Made by a program: the position numbers and the translations under genes. From Lama glama (taxonomy: Eukaryota), in NCBI GenBank assembly GCA_028534125.1, contig CM052817.1, forward strand, positions 80,168,001 through 80,232,000: 64,000 bases of DNA. The letters run 5' to 3'. Below the pieces are notes generated by a model, which was not told the origin of the DNA, searched no databases, and saw only the letters and a list, made by a program, of their open reading frames with translations. How positions within the stretch are numbered: the first letter of the stretch is position 1; each line of letters starts with the position of its first letter. This document shows positions 52,793-64,000 of the stretch, in pieces.

Positions 52793-54214
52793 ATCTTTCC
52801 TTGTAAGCTTTTAGCAGTTTAGTAAAAGACTCAATGTCTGTTCATACATAAGCCACAAAGTTTTTCGAAAGATTGTTTAAATACATTTATTGCATAAATT
52901 TTCTGAAGATAAATTATTTAAGTCTATAATATAAGCTGTGCTTAAAATAAACCAATAATAGTAGGAAGGGTGTATTAACTTCTTGTTCTTTAAACTACCT
53001 TTAATCTCTTCTTGAACATTCTTTTAATATTTAATCTTTTCAAGTACATTTTCTTGGACTAAATAATTAGTCTTTCCAACTTAATGATGCACCAAAATCC
53101 AAAAATATAGAAATGCAGTTTTTTATTGTATGAAAACTGGTAAATATTTATTCATGACATCTCAGTCTTAAAGTTACATTGCTTTTTTGCTTTTTATCAT
53201 TGTGTGTTGAAATCCTTTTGTAGTATTTGTCATGATTGGAATTTTCAGTCTAGATATTTAAATTTGGAGGAGTTAAGAGTCTGTGTTTATATATTTGCTT
53301 AGTAAATAGTATCTGATGCCAGCACCGTGCAAATAGTATGTTTAATCTTCTATTAAAGAAAGAGTAATAACATAATAAAATACATATTGCCCTTGATACC
53401 CAAGTCCTAAGAGAAATTAATTCTTTCAAGATTGGAGAGAACTGGAGGATCTGATGGTTTAGTTATCTTTCTGATGCATTGATCTTTTTATAAAATTTCT
53501 ACCCATCATTTCTCCATCCTTTGCTCACTCACCTGTACTTGTGGGGAACCTGTTAACTCATGAAATAAACCATACATCTTTGTCTCAGACTATCAGGAAG
53601 TTCTTTATTCTACTGAACCAGCTGTTGTTTTCCTGTCTACAGCTTAGCTTCTACACACCAGCCTGTTTCTACTCCAAAATGCTATAAAGAGCAGTTTTTA
53701 ATACCTCTTCTATGTGGTTCTTTATTTTTGAAAGCTGTGTCGTGTGTCTCATCTTTACATTCCATCTCACCAACCAGTCAGTCTTTTCTCCTCCAGGCTT
53801 GATTGATGTCTTGTTTTATTTCATGTGGTGCCCTTATTCCATCTTCAGCATTCTTACCCTTTTTTTCCCCCTGAACTATTGTCTGTTTGTTCCTTTCTCT
53901 CTGAAATTATGGTATCTGCAAATGAATATACTATAATTAAGTTTTAATGTGATCAGTACAAAGCTTACTGAGACACTTAATGCTTTTAACCTGAATATTA
54001 TGCACCAGCTAATGCATTCCACGACTGTATTAGTTTCTTTGCCAGTTCAGTCACACTGTGGACTACTATTGAATTTAAAATCATCAGGAATAAAACAAAA
54101 GCAAAACTCAAGCATCCAGCTCTTTTCTCAAAATCTTTTGCTAAGTAATAACTTTACTGCCTTGGGCTTATACTATTACTTTCATTTAAGAATTAAGTTA
54201 AACTGTGAGATCTC

Positions 54215-57200
54215 ATGACTTATGCCCACTCCAGCTCCAGCTGTCCAGCCAGGGTGGCTCCAATGTGGTATATACCAGGCCCCCCCTACCTTCACTCCCC
54301 CCAGCTCCAGCTGGCCTGCCGAAGCTGTGCAGCACATCAAGTCTGCACAAGGAATGCTTCTACACAAAGCCATACCTTTAAGACCAGGAGAGGTAACCAT
54401 TTCACCTAATTCGTAGAAACAAACAGAAAATCAAGCAAAATGAGAAGACAAATGAATGTGTTCCAAACGAAAGAAGAACATACAACCACAGGTTGGGGCC
54501 AACAAAACCCTAATGAAATGGAGATCTGTCATTTACCTGACAAAAGAGTTAAAATTAATGGTCCTAAAGATGCTCATTAACTTGGGAGAAGAATGGAGGA
54601 ATACAGTGAAAATGTCAACAAAGAGAAAATATAAGAAAGAACCAATCAAAGCTGAAGAACACAGTAACTGAAATGAAAAATACACTAGAGAGAATCAACA
54701 GCAGATTAGAAAATTTAGAAGAACAGATCAGTGATCTGGAAGGCAGAATAATGGAAATCACCCAATCAGAACAGCAGAAATGAAAAAAGCATACTAACAT
54801 TTGCCTCCCTGAAGGAAGAGAAAGAGAAAGGGAGAGAAAACTTATTTGATAGAATAATAGCGGAAAACTTTCTTACCCTGGAAGAGGAAACTGATATCCA
54901 TGTCCAGGAAATACAATTCCAAACGAGATGAATCCAAAGGGATCCATACCAAGGCATATTATAAATAAAATGACAAAAATGAAAGATTATGAAAAATTTA
55001 AAGGCAGCAAGAGAAAAACAACTACTATTGACCTTTGAACAATGTGGATTTGAACTTTGATTGTCCACTTATACGCAGATATTTTCCTGTAGTGAATACT
55101 GTAATACTACATGATCTATAGTTGGTTGAATCGCTGGATGTGGAGGAACCATGGATACTGAGAGCTGACTATAAATTATATGCAGGTTAACTAACCCCCG
55201 TGGTGTTCAAAGGTCAACTGTAATTACATCCAAGGGAACTGACATTAAGACTGTCAGCTGATTTTTCAGCAGGCACTGAAAATTAAAAGTTTTGAAAGAA
55301 AAAAACTTAGAACTCAAGAATACTCTACCTGGCAAGGTTTATCATTTAGAACTGAAGGAGAGATAAAAGTTGCCCAGATAAGCAAAAACTAAAGGAGTTA
55401 ATCACCACTAAACTGGCCTTACAAGAAATGCTAAAGGGTCTTCCTTAAACATAAAAGGCCATAACTAGAAATAAGAAAATATATGAAAAAAAAATCTCAC
55501 TGGTAAAGGCAAATTTAAGCCAAATGCAGTGGATCAACCACTTCAAAAGCTAGTATGAAGGTTAAAATAAGTAATAAATTAAGTTATAACTACAATAAGA
55601 AGTTAAGGATACACAAAATAGATGTATATATTACATCAAAACATAAAACATGGGAGAAGGAGTAAAAATGTAATGCTTTTTAGAATGAATTTGACTTAAG
55701 CGACTGTCAGTTTAAAACAAATAGCTATATATATGTATGAAACTCACGGTAACCACATATCAAAAAACTTCAATAGAAACAAAAAATAAAGAGAAAGGAA
55801 ATCAAACATTATCAAACCACAAGGCGAGAGACCAAGAGAAGAAGACATGAACACAGAACTACAAGAACAACCAGAAAACAATTAGAATAGCAATACTTAC
55901 TTTAAATGCACAAATGAAAAGACCTATGGTGACTGGATAAAAAAGATGCACCTGTATGCTGCCTACAAGAGAGCTATTTCAAATCTAAAGCCACACACAC
56001 ACACTGAAAGCATACAGATGGGCAAAGATATTTTATGCAAATGGAAACAAAGAGAAAGCTGGGGTAGCAATAGTCATTTCAGACAAAGTAGACTTTAAAC
56101 AAAGACTGTAACAAGGGACAAGGTGCCAGTCTAAGAAGAAGACATAACATTTGTAATTATTTGTGTACCCAACATAGGAACACCTAAATATATAAAGCAA
56201 ATATAAACAGACCTAAAGGGAGAAATTGATGGCAAGGTAATAATAGTAGGGGCCTTTAATATCCCACTTATATCAACAGATAGCTCATCCAGACAGAAAA
56301 TCAATCAGGAAGCACTGTCCTTGAATGACACATTAGGTCATGTTGAATTAATGTTGAATTAATAGATACATACAGCACAGTTCATCCAAAAACTGCACAA
56401 TACACATTAAAGAATGAATGGCACATTTTCCAGAATAGATCACATGTTAGGCCACAAAACAAGTCTCAGTAAATTTAAAAGATTGAAATCATATCAGGCA
56501 TCTTTTCTGAATGCAGCAGTATGAACTTAGAAATAAATTACAGGAAGGAAACTGGAAAAATACAGCACATGGAGACTAAACAACATACTATTAAGCAACT
56601 AATGGGTCAACAAGGAAATCAAAGAGGAAATGAAAAAATATCTTGAGTCAAATGAAAATGGTAACACAACTTTTCAAAATCTATGGGACACAGCAAAAGC
56701 AGTTTTAAGATGAAAGTTCGTATCAATCAAGCCTACCTCCTCAAGACCAAAAATTGTTAACAATCTATCTTCATAGTTAAAGCCACACTCATGAAAAAAA
56801 GAGGACCCAAATATATGAAATCAGAAATGAAAGAGGAGATCTTATAACCAATACCACAGAAACCCAAAGAATCATAAAAGACTCATAAAAGTTCTTGGAA
56901 CATGCAGTCTTGCAAGACTAAAGGAAATGGATAAATTCATAGAAACATGCAGTCTTCCAAGACTGAAACAGGAAGAAATAGAAAACCTGAACAGACCAAT
57001 TAGTAGTAATGAAATTGAATCATTTATTAAAAAGCTTCAACAAACAAAAGTCTGGGACCAGACGGCTTCACAGATGAATTCTGCCGAATATTTAAAGAAG
57101 AGTTAATGCCTATCCTTCTCAAACTATTCCAAAAAAAATTAAACAATTGGAAACATTCTTAAACTCATTCGACAAGATGCACATTAGTTACTCTGATACC

Positions 57201-59064
57201 TAAACCAGACAAAAACATCATACACAAAAAAGAAAATTACAAGCCAATATTCATGGTGAACATAAAAGCAAAAATCCTGAGTAAAATATTAGCAAACAAA
57301 ATTATTAAACCAAATAACATTAAAAAGATCACATGCTTTGATCAAGTGGGATACATTCCAAGGATGTAAGGATAGTTCAATATCTGCAAATTGATCAACA
57401 TGGAATATACCATATTAGCAGAACAAAAAATGGAAAGGGATGCTATGCTCATGGATTGAAAGAATCAATATTGTTAAAATGTCCGTATTATCCAAAGCAA
57501 TCTACAGACTCAGTGCAATCCCTATCAAAATTCCAATGATATTTTTCATAGAGCTAGAACAAATAATCCTAAAATTTGTATGGAACAACAAAAGACCATG
57601 GATAGCTAAAGCAGTCTCGAGAAAGAGCAAAGCTGGAAGCATCCTGTGCCCTGATTTCCAACTATCCTACAGAGCTACAGTAATCTAAGTGGTACGGTAC
57701 TGTCACAGAAACAGACACATAGATTAATAGAACAGAAAAGAGAGCGCAGGAATAAACCTATGCTTATATAGTCAATTAATCGATGTCAGTGGAGATAAGA
57801 ATATACAATGGAGAAAAGACAGTCTCTTCAATAAATGGTGTTGGGAAAACTGGAGAGCTACATGCAAAAGAATGAAACTGGATCACTTATACCATATGCA
57901 AGTAAGCTCATATGGAATTAAAGGTTTAAATGTAAGACCTAAAACCATAAAACTCCTAGAAGAAAACATAGTCAGCTCCTTGACATCTGTCTTGGCAATA
58001 TTTTTTTGGATCTGTCTCCTGACAACAGCAAAAATAAATGGGATTACGTTAAACTTAAGCTTTTTGCACAGTGAAGGAATTTTTCAACAAAATGAAAATG
58101 CTGCCTGCTGAATGAGAGGAGATATTTGCAAATGATATACCCAATAAGGGGTTAATATCCAAAATATACAAAGAGCTCGTACAACTTAACATCAGAAGAC
58201 AACTTGATTAAAAAATGGGCAAGGAATAGACATTTTTCCAAAGAGAACATATAGAGAGCCAGCAGATACATGAAACAATGCTCACCATCATAATCATCAG
58301 AGAAATGCAAATCAAAACCACAATGAGATATTACCTTATATCTGTCAGAATGAGTGTTATCAGGAAGACAGCAAATAACAGGTATTAGTGAGGGTCAAGT
58401 AGAACTACCATACGACTCAGCAATTCCTCTTCTGGAATTTATTATTTATCTGAAGAAAAACTCTAAGACAAAAAAGATATATTCTCCCCTGTGCTTGTTG
58501 CAGCATTACTTACATAGCCAAGATTTGGAAGCAAACTAAGTGCCCATCAATAGATGAGTGGGTAAAGAAGATGTCGCACACACACACCACCCACACGGTG
58601 AAAATTACTAAGTCATAAAAAAGAATGAAATCTTGCCATTTGTGCCAATATGGATGTACCCTAGAGGATATTATGGTAAGTGAAATGAGTCAGACAGGGA
58701 AAAATATATACTATATGATTTCAGTTACATGTAGAATCTACAAAGCATAACAAATAAACAAACAAAAGAAACAGACTTATAGATACAGAAAATAAACTAA
58801 TGGTTGCCAGAGTGGAGAGGAGTGAAGGAATGGGCGTAAAAGGTGAAGAAAATTTAAGGAGTACAAACTTCCAGATATAAATTGGCTCTGGAATGTAATG
58901 TGCTGCATAGAGAATATAGTCAGTAATATTGTTGTAACTTGGTGTGGTGACAGGTGGCAACTAGACCTGTGATGATCATTTCATATTGTGTACAAATATC
59001 AAGTCACTATTTGTACACCTGAAACTAATATAATATTGTAAGTCAGTTATACTTCAATAAAAAA
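54215..59064 (+). mobile_element. Degenerate near-full-length LINE-1 (5'UTR remnant, ORF1, ORF2 with internal deletions, 3'UTR; L1MA9/Laurasiatherian-like 3' end)
   Basis: ORF1-like sequence 54440-55450, endonuclease-like 55900-56600, ORF2 peptide [21 protein letters not shown] (57440-57688). Jump at ~57425 removes part of RT. Ends tatacttcAATAAAaaa. Many stops. Confidence 0.9.
55025..55220. mobile_element. Tigger2-family MITE (196 bp) nested in L1 ORF1
   Basis: TIRs ctaTTGACCTTTGAACAatgtgg / ccgtggTGTTCAAAGGTCAActg, with TA on both sides (55023-24, 55221-22). L1 sequence reads through when it is removed. Confidence 0.85.
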
Positions 59065-59400
59065 TGGAATGAATGATATACACTATAACATGAATGAAAT
59101 TTAGGGACACTTCTCTAAGTAAAAGAAGATATAAAAGATTATGTATTATATCATTTCATTTATATAAATTTCTAGAAAAGTCAAACCTATAGTGATAGAA
59201 AGCAGATTATTGATTGTCTAGTGCTAAGCGTGGGAGTGGAGACTGACTACTAAGATTGAGAAGGAAAATTTTCCAGATAATGAAAATATCCTGAAACTAG
59301 ACTTCATTGATGATTGCACTACAGACATTGAACTGTACACTTTAAATGGGTGGATTTTATGGTATGTAAACTATATCTCAATAAAATAAAATGAAATAAA
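59065..59400 (+). mobile_element. Ancient L1MB/ME-type 3'UTR fragment
   Basis: tatagtgatagaaagcagat..ttgaactgtacactttaaatgggtggattttatggtatgtaaactatatctcAATAAA. Confidence 0.7.
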
Positions 59401-60660
59401 ATTGGGGGGGTGAATGAGACATGCAGACACACGTTAAGGGATCTTGGTTTCTAATTCTAGTTCTTTTGCTAACAAACTGTGTATTCATTTGGCCCTGTGC
59501 TTCTGTGCCTGTCAAAGACGTACTAGATAATCCCTGATATATCACTCATGTTCTGTAATTCTCTTATTTTGTGACGCAGAGATAGAAATAAAGATTCCAC
59601 ATGCTACATGAAAGGATACTATTTACCAAATTTCTGAAGTTCTTGTTTTGGTATTTTAGGTTTTATGGTTTTTTAAGTTTTTTTAGGTATCACCTTGTCA
59701 AACTTTCTTGTTATTGAAAAGTTCCTTTCTTCAAACAGGTTGTAAAGTAAGCAAATACTATCCAGGTGTGCAAAAATGACCTTTTTTTTAAACAACTTGA
59801 TTGTCAGCAAAGAGGGGGAAAGCCGTAAATCAGCCTTAAAGCTGCTGTTGTGTAATGGAAAACTTGGTTGACAGTTGAAGAACACCTTAACTTTTTCACT
59901 GAAAATTTATTACTCTTTGAAAAAGGAAAACTTGTTGAACTGCATATTTTCTCTTACAACAGTTGCCTGTTCAGCCTGTAATATTTTGTTCTATTTAATA
60001 TACTATTTAAAAAAAATCTTCTATGAATGTTAAAATAGTTTTGAGTTAAAACAGAAATGTTTAACTATATTATTATTTAAAATCGAGTTGCTTTTAAGTT
60101 TGAAAAAGCTTCTTTGCTTGGATTATTAATGCTTATAGAATACCATATTTGGGAACTAATGTTAAGTGTAGCCAAGTACTAAATCCTAAGCCATGTATTG
60201 AATGTTTTAAAGTCATTAGTAGAAGGGCTAATTTGGAATTTGGTAATTATTTTTAAAGGGCATAGAGAGTGTTAACAATGATACTCCATTTTTGTGTCTG
60301 GCATTCTATTCAGTTTTCAGTGTGTGTGTTTGGAAGGGGTGTGCAAAAGTATCAGCGGGGCATGTAATAAAAGAAAACTCAGTTCTTTTAGATATGTGCA
60401 AAATATAACTTGAAGTACAGATAAATTTTAAAATATTATAATCATAAAACATAAGCAATCTAAACTTTGTCTGCAGTAATGTACTGGCATATACATCAGA
60501 GTAAAGTTGGAAAAGTAGAGTTTTAGATCTCATACTCTTCAGTCTCTATCATCTGTGTTCTTTATTTGACAATAAATTTGGTATTGCAGTTACACTTTTT
60601 GGACACAAGATGGTGATGCTCACTCGAAATGTTTCCTGAGTGTAGGATCTACTGCTTTTA

Positions 60661-61601
60661 TTTTATTTTTTTAGTCATCAGTTACCTTTTTACTTATTTA
60701 TTCATTCATTTATTTAAGTATAATTGATTTACAATATTATATTACTTTCAGATGTAGAGTATAGTGATTCAGTATTTTTTACAATTTATACTCCATTAAA
60801 AGTTATTACAAGATAAGGGTTATAATTTCCTGTGCTATACAGTATATTTTTTGTTGCTAATCTATTTTATACATAATAATTTGTATCTCTTAATCCAGTA
60901 CTTCTAATGTGCCCCTCTTTCCCTCTCCCCAAACTACTAGTTTGTTTTCTCTATCTGTGAGCCTGTTTCTGTTCTGCTATATAAATTCTTTTAACATTTT
61001 TTAGATTCCACATATAAGTCATATCACACAGTATTTGTCTTTCTGACTTATTTCAGTATATATAAGCAACTCATACAACTCAGTATCAAAAAAAGCAAAT
61101 AACTTGATCAAAAAATGGGCAAAAGACCAGAACAGACCTTTTTTCAAAGAAGACATACAGATGGCCAACAGGCGCATAAAAAGATGCTCAACATCACTAA
61201 TTATTAGAGAAATGCAAGTCAGAACCACAATGAGATATCACCTCACACCTGTCAGAATGGCTATCATCAAAAAGTTTACAAATAACAAATGTTGGCGATG
61301 ATGTGGAGAAAAGGGAACCCTTGTACACTGTTGGTGGTAAATTGGTGCAGCCACTATGGAAAACAGTATGGAGATGCCTCAAAAAACTGAAAATAGAACT
61401 ACCGTATGATCCATCAATCCAATTCCTGGGTATATATTCTGAAAAAATGAAAACTCAATTCAAAAAGATACATGCACCCCTATATTCATAGTAACAGTAT
61501 TTTCAGTAGTCAAGACATGGAAGACATCCAGGTGTCCATCAACAGATAAATGGATAAAGAAGGTGTGGTATGTTTATATATACAATGGAATATTACTCAG
61601 A
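60661..61601 (-). mobile_element. Short 5'-truncated, 5'-inverted LINE-1 with 14-bp TSD (minus-strand 3'UTR ~60661-61054; inverted ORF2-end piece ~61055-61600)
   Basis: Flanking direct repeats ATCTACTGCTTTTA (60647-60660) and ATCTACTACTTTTA (61602-61615). Plus-strand peptide [34 protein letters not shown]. Confidence 0.9.
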
Positions 61602-62734
61602 ATCTACTACTTTTAGAAGCTTCCCCTCCTGAAACCAATGGATGAACAGCTGGCTTTGCTTTTAAAAATAGTAGTTGAAATTTTTGTGTGTGTTGTGTCC
61701 TGCTGCATAACTTATTTAACAACAATTTAAGTGTAGGTTTATGTAAGTTTGGGCTAGGGGAGGTGGGCACATTAAGAAAAGGGAAATTTTTAACAGTAGA
61801 GAGAGAACTAGCAGTCATTAGGTGTACACTATCCATCAGGCATTTGTTGGGTGATTTATATATGATATCTAATTGATTCTAGTCAAAGCACTCTATTAGC
61901 TCAGTAAATTGTGCATAATTAGTAATGTGTGTATTCTTTCATAAAAACCATGGATACCATCAATTTAGTATCTTTAGACAGTTTTAAGCAAGGTTGTCAC
62001 TCTGTTTTGTTTTTTTTTTTAAATAGTTTCTTATATAGTTAAACATATACTTATCATACTATATGGCAGTCCGTCTCCTAGGTATTTATCCAAGAGAAAT
62101 TAAAACATTTGTCCACACAAAGATCTGTAAGTAAATGTTTAAATTTTAAAATTATGAAAATGTACTTTTCCTTTTTTCCTTAGTTTATTTTAATGCTAGA
62201 TTACACTCTTGTCTCCTGGAAGGAGCAGTGCAGTTGAATCAGATCAGTGCTTTGGATCAGTCATTATGTTGTATATCAAGTAATAGTGTTGACTTTTCAG
62301 TAGCTTTTTAATCTCTTATGCCAGTAAAATGTATGGCGAAAGGTTATGTATTTGATGACATTTGCTGACAGACTTATTCAGAGGTATATTTTGTTATGGA
62401 AAAAGCAAGTATAAGCAAATTATAATACTTACACCTTTTGGAAATCTTGATTCTGAAACTTTTTTAGATATTAAAGTGCAAAAAAAGAATATTTGCTGTA
62501 GTAAGATTAAAAACAAAAGATAGTATATTATATGTAAGTAGAAAGGTGAAGACAAATATTAATATGTGGGAAAGGTGAGCAAAATTATATTTTTTAAAAT
62601 TATGTATAAGATACTTTGGATATTTAAGAGTTCTTCATTATTCCATATTTTCAGGCTTAAAGGTGTGTTCGTTTCCTCTTCTTGATAAAATGTAAGCGTG
62701 CATTTTCAAAGACCAGTAGAAGGCTGATATTTTA

Positions 62735-62890
62735 TTGAGTGCAGTGACTTTATGAGGTAGGAGCTATGACTGCCCATTTCACACCTGAGGAAACTGTTAC
62801 TTAAAAAGATTAATGAAATTGCCTGATTCAGTGGAGCTGGCAGTTTAACAAATTCAGGCAGTTTCAGAAGTCACACTGTAAACCACTGAC
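62735..62890 (-). mobile_element. MIR SINE relic
   Basis: tatgaggtag..gcccatttcacacctgaggaaactg..aaattcaggcagt core. Confidence 0.55.
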
Positions 62891-63035
62891 TAATTTAATT
62901 CTTAAGTTGTCTGTCAGATTTAATGTCTTTGAATTGTTTGTTTATTTAATGCTTTGACCATCTTCTGCTTTCGTGTTTATAAACCTGAATTCAGTCTCTG
63001 ACGTTTGCATTGTATTACTAGACGACTGGTCGTGC

Positions 63036-63060
63036 TGTGTGTGTGTGTGTGTGTGTGTGT
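63036..63060. repeat. (TG)n microsatellite
   Basis: Uninterrupted TG run of about 12 units. Confidence 0.95.
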
Positions 63061-63340
63061 TTTCTCCCTTGTAAAAACTATGCTGTAGTATCAGTTAGTG
63101 AAGTAGTTTTTGTCACAGTTTAAGTGAAGTTATCAGCCTTCACTTTAAAAAGAGAAAGGGAAAGGAAAAAAGGAGAAAGAAGAAAAGGGAGAGGAGTGGA
63201 GAAGCAGAGTTTGCATGTGTGGTGTAATGTTTTTGAGTTGATTACAATTGAAAAACTAAGCATTTGTAAGTAGATAATAAACTTACCTTTATACTCCCAG
63301 GAAAATCTAACTGAAGACAGTTAGATACAGAATAAACTAA

Positions 63341-63478
63341 GCAGAGATTGGAAAACTCCTGTGCTTGCTGCCTGTTTTTATAAGTAAAGTTTTATTGGAA
63401 CACAGCCACAAGCATTGCTTGTTTGGCCAACAGTATGAAAATATTTCCTGTCTGACCCTTTAAGAAAACTGCTGAACA
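63341..63478. mobile_element. MER58-like fragment
   Basis: ctgcctgtttttataagtaaagttttattggaacacagccac..aaatatttcctgtctgaccctttaagaaaa. Confidence 0.6.
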
Positions 63479-63769
63479 AATTTTGAGACCAAAACCATTC
63501 AGATAAACTGTTTATTGGCTTGGATTGAGTCATTCACCAAATAATTATTGAGCCACCTGTTAGGTGCCAGGCAATGTGCGAGGTGATGGAGAAGCAAAAT
63601 CAAACATGTCTTACAAAACTATTTGATATTCTTTTTTATTATTAATTATAACAGCAGTTGCAAAAAGCTAATATGAATTATAAGAGCTAGGAAATATTCA
63701 TAAGGCAGATCTCATTTGTCTGAAGCAGTACAAATGCAGCATCTCTTAGGCAGTGACCATATCAGTTAT

Positions 63770-63995
63770 CTGACACCATGGATAGCACACCTCCTTTTTT
63801 CTGGTTCTCCTGATTCCGTCCTATGCTACTGAGTTATTTTTCCTATAGTATTTATTACCATACAGTTAACTTATTTACTATGTCTATTATTGTCTGTGTC
63901 CTCTTGCTCCAGTCTAAGCTCCATAAGGGCTAGCATTTTTGTTCTGTTTACAGGTCCAAGTACATGACACACATAGTAAGCAGTTAGTATGAAAG
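63770..63995 (+). mobile_element. L2 3' end relic
   Basis: ttattgtctgtgtcctc..taagctccataagggc..ttttgttctgtttac..acacatagtaagca. Confidence 0.55.
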
Positions 63996-64000
63996 AGACC

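Overview
Mammalian genomic DNA, AT-rich and CpG-depleted, lying entirely inside the + strand AAA+ ATPase gene SPATA5 (AFG2A; yeast Afg2/Drg1 orthologue). Four internal coding exons (11763-11972, 26060-26113, 27808-27887, 46328-46454) splice in frame through GT-AG introns. They encode most of the D2 ATPase domain: Walker A GPPGCSKT, pore loop KYVGES, Walker B IIFFDE, and sensor-1 AATNRPD. The start and stop codons lie outside the window. The rest is intronic and repeat-rich: several LINE-1 generations, MLT1 LTRs, MER58/Tigger DNA transposons, MIR/L2 relics, microsatellites and a 500-N assembly gap. The L1 3' ends and the lack of recognisable ruminant, pig or primate SINEs suggest a cetartiodactyl, probably a camelid (inference). 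I found no evidence of a new multi-gene system, and nearly all ORF-track entries are L1 fragments or chance ORFs. The best leads are: (i) a young antisense L1 with an intact CpG-rich 5'UTR that supplies sense-strand splice sites upstream of a weak-acceptor exon; (ii) an 88-bp local duplication bracketed by two palindromes, resembling a templated-insertion repair scar; (iii) two 5'-inverted (twin-primed) L1 insertions, one with a TSD and a possible micro 3' transduction; (iv) candidate intronic enhancers. Repeat subfamily names are from memory of consensus sequences and need RepeatMasker/Dfam confirmation.
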